In this document: positions 59,701-64,000 of the stretch, one piece after another | Layout of the letters: every line of letters begins with the position of its first letter | How positions within the stretch are numbered: the first letter of the stretch is position 1 | IMG/VR virus record: IMGVR_UViG_3300008963_000003 | Span: 1,085 to 65,084 of that record | Reading direction: 5' to 3' (one strand) | Source of the DNA: a virus | Lineage: Duplodnaviria; Caudoviricetes | Length of the DNA: 64,000 nucleotides | Notes under the pieces: model-generated | Databases searched by the model: none | What the model saw: the letters and a program-made list of their open reading frames with translations, nothing else | What the model was told of the DNA's origin: nothing | Made by a program: the position numbers and the translations under genes

Positions 59701-61518
59701 GTTACTAGCAGTAACGTTACACAACACCAATTAGATATTACCGGAACAGGTGCACTAAATGCAGGTAGTATCACTGCTGGTTTTGGAAATATCAATATTG
59801 GTAGTAGCATATTCTCAGGTAATGGTAGCGGCATTACTGATCTCAATGCAAGTAATCTTGCCAGTGGAACAGTGCCAGATGCTAGAATAAGTTCAAGCAG
59901 TGTAATACAACATCAAGAAGATATCACTGCTGTAGGACAATTAACCGGTGGCAGTATTTCGTCATCTTTTGGTAACATCAATATTGGAACTAATACATTC
60001 ACTGGTAATGGCAGTGGACTTACAAGTTTAAATGCTGATGAATTAACCGCAGGAACAGTATCTGGTTCGCGTCTAGGTGGCAATCAAAGCATGACAGGTA
60101 TCAAAACATTCACTGATACTACCGCTGCAACCAGCACAACAACAGGTGCTATAAGAATCAGCGGCGGCATGGGTGTTGCAGGCGACGTTTATGCTGGCTC
60201 TTTAAACACCGCAGATGGCAGTGGCATTGATCAACTTAATGCTAGTAACCTTGACAGCGGCACCGTACCAAATGCTAGAATAGACGGTATTTACAGTAAC
60301 ATAACCGGCACTGGACAACTAAATCAAGGTAGTATTTCTACAGGTTTTGGCAACATCAATATCGGAACAAGTACATTTACCGGTAACGGAAGCGGATTGA
60401 CCAACGTTGATGCTGCTACACTTGATACTCTTAACAGCACGCAGTTTTTGAGAAGTGATGTTGGCGATACAATGAATGCATTGTTGACAATTAATCATGC
60501 CGGCGATGAAATGTTAAGATTGCAAGATACCAGTACTACTGGCAATCCTTTTATGAGCTTTTATCAAGCCGGAACTAGAAGAAGCTATATTCAATTCCAT
60601 GACAGCACTGCCAGCTTGAGATTAAACAATGATCAAACTGGCGAAAGACTGGATATCAGAAGTGGTAATAGCGGTCTTGTATTTACTGCCGGTGGAGTTG
60701 AATACAATGTGTACCACGAAGGGTTTATTGATGGTATTGATGCTGATACGTTAGATGGTTTTGATGGCACATATTATACAAATGCCAGTAACCTTGACAG
60801 CGGTACAGTGCCAAGTGCTAGATTATCAGGAACTTATGCAATCAACATTTCAGGTAATGCTAATACGCTTGATAGTCTTAACAGTACACAATTTTTAAGA
60901 AGTGATACTAGTGATACAATAAATGGTAATTTGACTGTTAACAGCGGCGGCCAAACACAACTTACTGTTGATGGATCAGGCGGAAGCAGTGATTATTTAA
61001 ATTTCCATATAGGTGAATCAGGATCTGGCAGTGCTGCGGTGCACATTCAGTATAGAGGCGACGGACGTGGCTGGATCGGAATGGGAGATACTGCAAATGG
61101 CACAGACTTAATGGCAAATTGGGTCATGCAGATGCAGTATCAAAGTCAAAATGCTACGTTTGCAAATAATATCACAGCCGGCGGCGAAGTAACAGCATTT
61201 TCTGATATAAGTCTCAAAGATAATATCAAAGTTGTTGCAGATCCTCTAACCAAGATCCTAGGTATACGAGGGGTAACATTTACTAGAAATGATCATGCGG
61301 ATCAAGAACACAGACATATGGGTGTTATTGCTCAAGAAGTTGAAAAATACTTGCCAGAAGTTGTGCATACCAACGACGATGGTATTAAGGCTGTAAATTA
61401 CGGTGCAATGTCTGGATTGTTTATTGAAGCAATCAAAGAGCAACAAACACAGATTGAAGATCAAGCAGCAGAGATAGCAGAGCTCAAAGAAATGGTTCAA
61501 AAATTACTAGATAAATAA
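50779..61518 (+). CDS. Giant tail fibre 2 with C-terminal peptidase S74 intramolecular chaperone; paralogous beta-helix with 3 phycobiliprotein-like domains
   Basis: N-terminal IKHKRS...GELALNTADGK, fibre repeats, and SDISLKDNI...GVIAQEVE..PEVV...VNYG...IEAIKE plus coiled coil. Confidence 0.85.
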   Translation: MATKIKHKRSSVAGKQPLVSQLDSGELALNTADGKVYLLRDDNTVQDITKKVFEGDTSVQVDDLGTPETAQVSVTVNNDDKMIVTDSQTNINQDVTIENAKTLTFKELIAGGNDGVSIKAPDVLDSGYQLTLPPTNGTIGQLVKTDGEGNLEFTDSDIFGGNVIYVSAEQGDDANDGQSAPVKTVKRACQIASGLVYNPDGTTNGTRINVKVAVGDYPEDNPVIVPDNVVIKGDGLRGCIIRPKNANLDMLRVRNACYFGEFTFRDGIDTNFVPLITFDYAVAFDDPSATDVTDRNLYTNLPDTKPTITTSPYIQNCSIISFLGGNGAKIDGSKVESPNVPRFGIEAENPVIGAIPEQGKSMVANAFTILSFGGTAWRLTNDAYAQIVSCFEIFLLNGVYCQSGGYCSITNSATNFGLYALRASGYSPKAFNFDRSFVTATGEADGKQTVSIVGVNRSAPVEEFVLRFREPDYKIAHDLLLLNRDAIAADTVTWINDQITNATASIWSGFTYNEDIYRKNIRDFIDSIRYDVIFNSNYRSISAALRYHYNSNSFELYNDVDQIVASLTQAKTYTANYLSDATAISRSNALWDEIIDIIQNGVSAADVYSFPDPTGGVDNASDTGFANARDQVVANKNFIIDEITSWIDDQITQQNAPFTAGFTYNEAKCARDVGLIIDALIYDLTYGGNLQTYEAALAYFVDGVAQYGNGELEETVAAYERLKTVIEQVIVETDVVISSGTTETQDKTGTPGSVDAQDFAGNRIQEIIDYLNDPSTEPTRFEPDVSWVSANLQTAYNEVDLEGQVNIAQNVTQWMNQQIQANIWGNFAYDESKCERDTRLIVEAVAKDTWDTGNRFSRSAGLSYYTRNLQDSSQISISGQELQTIAAIEQAAVYANTYITDLSVNVQDFVNSRFDIVTTIINDPNDLPEPTEVSSAGDITNDFKPTPVETLFNAETDVSTISNVITIVDHGFSNGQKLIYDPDGNPPIQGLDAEQTYYVKLINDDEFSLTFDESGDFDVNIINNSTGTHKFLSNIIEFYVEEILNSHQTYQTLILESGSEGYNFVPGRVITGNTGGNNNSAIVYSWEPAERRLVVSIEEVVVGSSTLRIQFDETSVISSDHSSPANTSIGVNEVATRTDLGTATFSVTATDGSSSLTNLVNLPEKQCWFHRPSIVNSSAHTWEYAGSGTDYNALPQNGGNTREEFEQFNELPGRVYSSGTNELGDFKVGDFITAFNRTGNITFRNKVQVDELDALRLSLSDVAIEEISTSVNLGDDEIGGPSDSRLPTQLAVRSFIANRLGGFVDKSVSTAAVPGAIVQLNVNGQLNPDLIPATRQFTNTNTQGYLSRLEQVDDIPATDLKAGDIATEEYEQVELVLSSGINASDGDTITQPGVQGAIGYAKGDYFNSTNILVATIDGAWDATDDSTGDPWEINSGNIFVNGVDTGVDIDSKGISSEIVDNFFLRSSNTSQFLVLDPDDDYTFTNATVTDVSRSSNIATITTSGAHNLNINNNVQVLIGSDEEYNVSGLVLTTPTATTFTIANEGPDESTKSVTDSTARTIVTSADGNAQGAVTETRYGVLTNVNNAELVGGSGYTPTDGTQVYRDVPLTSSTGIGSGATANITVTAGQITDVDVNFGGLDYAVGDLLSVNSSSIGGTGSGFEVEATAIEKRAYVNILGGELFVASTSSVDFVEDNTAVQNSREINLDDTITHNFLAGTLAGGGAVNYSDSRITINNHGFGNGDPVTYDTLGNVAIGGLLNNNVYYVKVITNSIIELYEDYSLLNQIEFLSTPLNNNHNITRFTINLTDNSVIVENHGYNTGDAVRIETLEDGSTSNELFSVDGDPVSSGDRFFIGSVTDNSFTLHELRSDALSSVNGLVTNTKDITATGIGSAEVIKNNVQVNSVINTSSRIKDNWNTLAVTNIDAENIISGTVSPSRLASSGVANSDSFLRGDSSYQVVVQKLKKANTVDNPIVLTGSSISGEFYGDPVSIGIVNTDFDPLGTFSTLGVSKFLQTQFNVNSNGSGEVFIKDGVVDAGTLDGLDSAFFLNPSNLSSPVPVNKGGTNISTYAVGDIIYAQTTGTLNTLNIGRNNSYLKSNGTTPEWGTALDLVEGLDVGSAALTSSSTGSGSIYNENVTSLEIGTDSTNIKIGSNNATRSLTPFVQSYEATSSQNVVVNFGSVLANVNQAVPNGETEVSMQDVTGILAGMLVTGSSSIQPNTTVSGVTQDGFVYLSNPTTGTLLNATQLTFTYTPKTLGVADGDTINIAGSAITNLDGSWPVIGANDIATSFTVRTDANVTADPNNVPAGTITIDSSLLIRNRNVILGDAEASSAPVSTVIKGTSGIGTDVSGSSITIEPGLGTGNATGGDFIVKTGQVSTTSDFEQTSTERLRVDTSGKATFTGEVEVDSIISTSETTVALLDDTATIVNAFGAATTVEIGANSGTTTVHNNVDIDLDLNIDGGDITTNQTAFNLINTNATTVNAFGAATTINMGTGGDGGGTTTIGHDLVVNGDLTVNGDTTTINSTTLTVDDLNIVLASGAPSAAAANGAGITIDGANATLTYDSANTSFDSSEDFNLASGKAFYINDASVLNSTTLGSNVVNSSLQTLGTINTGVWQGSVVSSTYGGTGVNNEGRTVTIAGNFETVGANSLTFTTTGTTNVTLPTSGTLANRGDLSQFASTTSAQLAGVISDETGTGSLVFANNPSFTNGIRAGSSTMNLFDTTATTINFGGEATTLSIGASTGTTTVNNDLSISGNLQIGGLSDLSVSGGTFTLANTGATTVNAFGEATAINMGASTGTFTIANSELTLNGNLNVNGNTIDTDETGTFNLLKDNATNIAFAQAATQMVIGETKAAAIAAGESTPEMIVRLDLRTNGDMYIDGDLFVNDINNIPIGNETPASGAFTTLNANNLVRFTDATNASVLQTFANDSAALKVSGGIRVAKDVVADNLIGDIDAGYLTSGTIADARVTSSNVTQHQLDITGTGALNAGSITAGFGNINIGSSIFSGNGSGITDLNASNLASGTVPDARISSSSVIQHQEDITAVGQLTGGSISSSFGNINIGTNTFTGNGSGLTSLNADELTAGTVSGSRLGGNQSMTGIKTFTDTTAATSTTTGAIRISGGMGVAGDVYAGSLNTADGSGIDQLNASNLDSGTVPNARIDGIYSNITGTGQLNQGSISTGFGNINIGTSTFTGNGSGLTNVDAATLDTLNSTQFLRSDVGDTMNALLTINHAGDEMLRLQDTSTTGNPFMSFYQAGTRRSYIQFHDSTASLRLNNDQTGERLDIRSGNSGLVFTAGGVEYNVYHEGFIDGIDADTLDGFDGTYYTNASNLDSGTVPSARLSGTYAINISGNANTLDSLNSTQFLRSDTSDTINGNLTVNSGGQTQLTVDGSGGSSDYLNFHIGESGSGSAAVHIQYRGDGRGWIGMGDTANGTDLMANWVMQMQYQSQNATFANNITAGGEVTAFSDISLKDNIKVVADPLTKILGIRGVTFTRNDHADQEHRHMGVIAQEVEKYLPEVVHTNDDGIKAVNYGAMSGLFIEAIKEQQTQIEDQAAEIAELKEMVQKLLDK

Positions 61519-61521
61519 TAC

Positions 61522-61550
61522 ACAGGGCAAACAATAATTGTTTGCCCTGT
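61522..61550. terminator. 13-bp perfect hairpin after fibre 2
   Basis: ACAGGGCAAACAA-TAA-TTGTTTGCCCTGT; lacks a long U-tract. Confidence 0.6.
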
Positions 61551-61551
61551 A

Positions 61552-61580
61552 TTGACAAATAGTAAATAGTATGCTAGTTT
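61552..61580 (+). promoter_or_regulatory. sigma70-type promoter with nested late-type box
   Basis: TTGACA, 17-nt spacer, TGc-TAGTTT. AGTAAATA at 61561-68 lies in the spacer. Confidence 0.55.
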
Positions 61581-61599
61581 AACAAAAACAGGAATAAAA

Positions 61600-61773
61600 A
61601 TGGCATTACCTCCAACTGGAAGCACAATTACAATGAGTGAGATCCGTAATTATTTTGGATCGTCGACTACTCCTATTGAGCTAGGTCAGTTGGGAACATT
61701 TCTGGGAATTAGTCAAGGTACTATTTTGCCTATGAGTGAAACATTTGGTGGCTATTATTTTCCTGCAACTTAA
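61600..61773 (+). CDS. 57-aa fibre-associated peptide (not in ORF track)
   Basis: CAGGA SD. Sequence MALPPTGSTITMSEIRNYFGSSTTPIELGQLGTFLGISQGTILPMSETFGGYYFPAT. Confidence 0.75.
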   Translation: MALPPTGSTITMSEIRNYFGSSTTPIELGQLGTFLGISQGTILPMSETFGGYYFPAT

Positions 61774-61784
61774 TAGGAGAAAAA

Positions 61785-62162
61785 ATGAAAACACTATATG
61801 AAGTACTTAATGTAGATCTAGCATGTGAATTTACCAAAGAAAGAAAATTTGAAAAAATGGATCAATTATCATTGGATCCAGATTTAGAAAATCAAGTAGT
61901 TAAAGAAATTCAAGCAATGGACATTCCAAGTGATGATGAAAAATATCATTGGACTAATTATTTCGGACGCAAAGCAGGTGCCGACTTGTTAACTCTAGGG
62001 AAAGTAGATCCTGAAACTATGTTAGCAATGTCTTTGCTTGACGAAGAGGATTTTAAACAAGCAGTAAAAATAGCAACTAGCACTGCTCGAGAGTTGAATG
62101 ATATTACCATTGAAGCTGAATCAGAGCTAAATCAGGAAACTGTTAATAATACACTGATATGA
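61785..62162 (+). CDS. Hypothetical protein
   Basis: 125-aa ORF with AGGAG SD, coupled to the glycosyltransferase. Confidence 0.75.
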   Translation: MKTLYEVLNVDLACEFTKERKFEKMDQLSLDPDLENQVVKEIQAMDIPSDDEKYHWTNYFGRKAGADLLTLGKVDPETMLAMSLLDEEDFKQAVKIATSTARELNDITIEAESELNQETVNNTLI

Positions 62163-62743
62163 AAATAGGAATATGCATTCCTGCTCGTGATACAGTTCAT
62201 ACTGCGTTTGCAAAACAACTGTGCTATCTGACCAATAGACTTACTGAGAAAAAAACTCAGTTTGATTTGCACATTGTTTGCGGAAGTGTTATTGCTGAAT
62301 CAAGAAATCAATTGGCCAATGAAGCATTGGCCAATAATGCAACACACTTATTGTGGCTGGATTCTGATATGCATTTTCCTCCTAATATAGTAGAAAAATT
62401 CTTGTCATACAATAAACCAATTGTTGCTGGCAATTACAGCACTAGATATTCTCCGCAACGCAGTGTAGCATTTGTTGATCCTAATAATATTAATAAAAGA
62501 TTAAATCAAAAATCTGGTCTTGCAAAAGTGTGGGCAGTTGGTATGGGATGTATGCTTGTTGATGCGCAAGTATATCAACAATTACCAAAACCGTGGCACA
62601 GTCATGAATACAATAAACAAACTGATACTTTTGGAGGCGAAGATATATATTTCTGCAATCAAGCATGGAACCATGGTATCGATATATATGTAGACTGTGA
62701 TGCAAAACTTGCACATTATGGAATTAAGGCTAACGTATTATGA
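62159..62743 (+). CDS. GT-A fold (GT2-like) glycosyltransferase
   Basis: IGICIPARD, SRNQL, LLWLDSD (DxD), GMGCMLV, GEDIYFC, AHYG. Confidence 0.85.
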   Translation: MKIGICIPARDTVHTAFAKQLCYLTNRLTEKKTQFDLHIVCGSVIAESRNQLANEALANNATHLLWLDSDMHFPPNIVEKFLSYNKPIVAGNYSTRYSPQRSVAFVDPNNINKRLNQKSGLAKVWAVGMGCMLVDAQVYQQLPKPWHSHEYNKQTDTFGGEDIYFCNQAWNHGIDIYVDCDAKLAHYGIKANVL

Positions 62744-64000
62744 AAGCAATAGACAAATTTGAAAAATTTTCAAAACCAATTTACAACGGCCAGGATCAAT
62801 TAAAAAATCATATCTTTAAAAAATTTCCTATAATTCGCACACATGATGTTATTGATTATAGTCAGGCTGCATTGTATAAAGATACACATGATTATGTTTG
62901 GTTGGTACACAAAGATATTATTCCTTACAAAAGTTTTCCATGGTATTTTAAACCCAAACCCAATGAACCTGTGCAAATACATGCATTTCCTTATGTTTAT
63001 AAAGAAAGTCGTAGAGTAAAATCTTGGAATAAATGTCAGTTGGTCCCAACTAAACATATTTCATCTGATATAAAAAAACATATTCATATATTTGGTGAAT
63101 ATGATGTTTATTGCGGCAAAAGTCAATTTGATATTTTTTGTATAGGTGACAACACAGAACAAATACAGAAATTAAAACAAAAATTTAAAAATGTTCGCGC
63201 TGCTAAAACTGTGCAAAATGCTATGCAAGACAGTGACACTGATATGTTATGGGTTGTGTATGATGATACAATAGTAAGAGATACATTTAAATTTACATAT
63301 CACCCCGACGAATGGAGTCACGAATATGCACATGTGTTTGGCAACGGTGATATTGACCAATTAGATGGTGTAGTATTATTACCAAAATATTATAATTTAA
63401 GCAAGAAAGAAATAGATCATAGATTCTTCGCTAATAAAAAAGAAGTAAGAATCATGGCTAGTAATCCTAAACCATATGATCAATTTACTATAAACAATTA
63501 CAATGATTATCTCAATGCGTTACAAAATAGTAGAACTGAAATGTTCTGGGGTATACCCAGTGATGTCGATATTTCCAAAGATTTTGATTTTGATTTGTAT
63601 TTCAGTCACCACAACAGATTTGATAGAAATATAAATCACGTGTTTCTCAATGGAGAACATCGTGATGGTATTGTTTTGTTTAGCAAATCCTGCAAAGTTA
63701 CTCAACGCGAAATAGAAAATAGATTTATTGTAAACAAAAAAGAATGGGATACTGTAGCCAGTACTCCAAAACCCTATGATCAGTTTGTAATCAACAACTA
63801 CAACGATTATGAGTTTGCTAGTAGAACTAGTAAAACAGATTTGTTCTGGGGTATACCCAGTGATGTCGATATTTCCAATGATTTTGATTTTGATTTGTAT
63901 TTCAGTCACCACAACAGATTTGATAGAAATATAAATCACGTGTTTCTCAATGGAGAACATCGTGATGGAATAGTACTTTTTAGCAAACATAATAATGTAA
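62740..64000 (+). CDS. Repeat protein with ~100-aa GT-A-like modules, truncated by window end (not in ORF track)
   Basis: ATG overlaps the GT2 stop (ATGA) and the frame is open to the window end. Repeated [ML]FW(G/V)..(S/D)D...F.F.....HVF.NG...DG.VL. Confidence 0.8.
   Translation, partial: MKAIDKFEKFSKPIYNGQDQLKNHIFKKFPIIRTHDVIDYSQAALYKDTHDYVWLVHKDIIPYKSFPWYFKPKPNEPVQIHAFPYVYKESRRVKSWNKCQLVPTKHISSDIKKHIHIFGEYDVYCGKSQFDIFCIGDNTEQIQKLKQKFKNVRAAKTVQNAMQDSDTDMLWVVYDDTIVRDTFKFTYHPDEWSHEYAHVFGNGDIDQLDGVVLLPKYYNLSKKEIDHRFFANKKEVRIMASNPKPYDQFTINNYNDYLNALQNSRTEMFWGIPSDVDISKDFDFDLYFSHHNRFDRNINHVFLNGEHRDGIVLFSKSCKVTQREIENRFIVNKKEWDTVASTPKPYDQFVINNYNDYEFASRTSKTDLFWGIPSDVDISNDFDFDLYFSHHNRFDRNINHVFLNGEHRDGIVLFSKHNNV
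63542..63968 (+). repeat. Direct repeat with 300-bp period: 63542-63668 vs 63842-63968, 126/127 identical
   Basis: Direct comparison shows one mismatch, at 63579/63879. Confidence 0.95.

Noticed and set aside
51615-61500. Numerous short ORFs, mostly antisense, within fibre 2 (and 63520-63990)
   Set aside because: By-products of codon bias in the long sense genes, with no independent signals.
63542-63968. DGR template/variable repeat pair
   Set aside because: Both copies are in frame within one repeat ORF, there is only one mismatch in the core, and no reverse transcriptase is in the window.
1-64000. Genome-wide stop-codon reassignment suggested by the broken gp6
   Set aside because: TAA ends most genes, TAG ends gp25 and gp26, and TGA ends gp47 and others. 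ORFs of 2,800-3,600 aa are intact in code 11, and only one internal stop was seen.

Overview
AT-rich segment of a large T4-like (myovirus-type, probably jumbo) phage genome. The minus strand at 1-23.6 kb carries a baseplate operon: gp48/54-like, gp53, gp27-like, gp5-like, gp25, gp6 and a >4,500-aa wedge/fibre protein. Two of these genes are each broken by a single apparent lesion: an in-frame TAA in gp6 and a 1-nt frameshift in the giant gene. Next come gp55 late sigma, gp47/gp46, a GIY-YIG nuclease followed by a ~470-nt highly structured non-coding region, gp51/gp26, a tape-measure-like protein and the head cluster (portal, core, protease, scaffold, major capsid). The window ends with two giant paralogous fibre proteins and a glycosyltransferase cluster. 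Two signals stand out. First, the two fibre proteins contain 13 tandem helical domains that align by eye with phycobiliprotein subunits, and 9 keep the bilin-attachment CxRD motif. Second, the structured non-coding element has a probable pseudoknot and is attached to the GIY-YIG gene. All family calls come from motif recognition by eye; no database searches were run.
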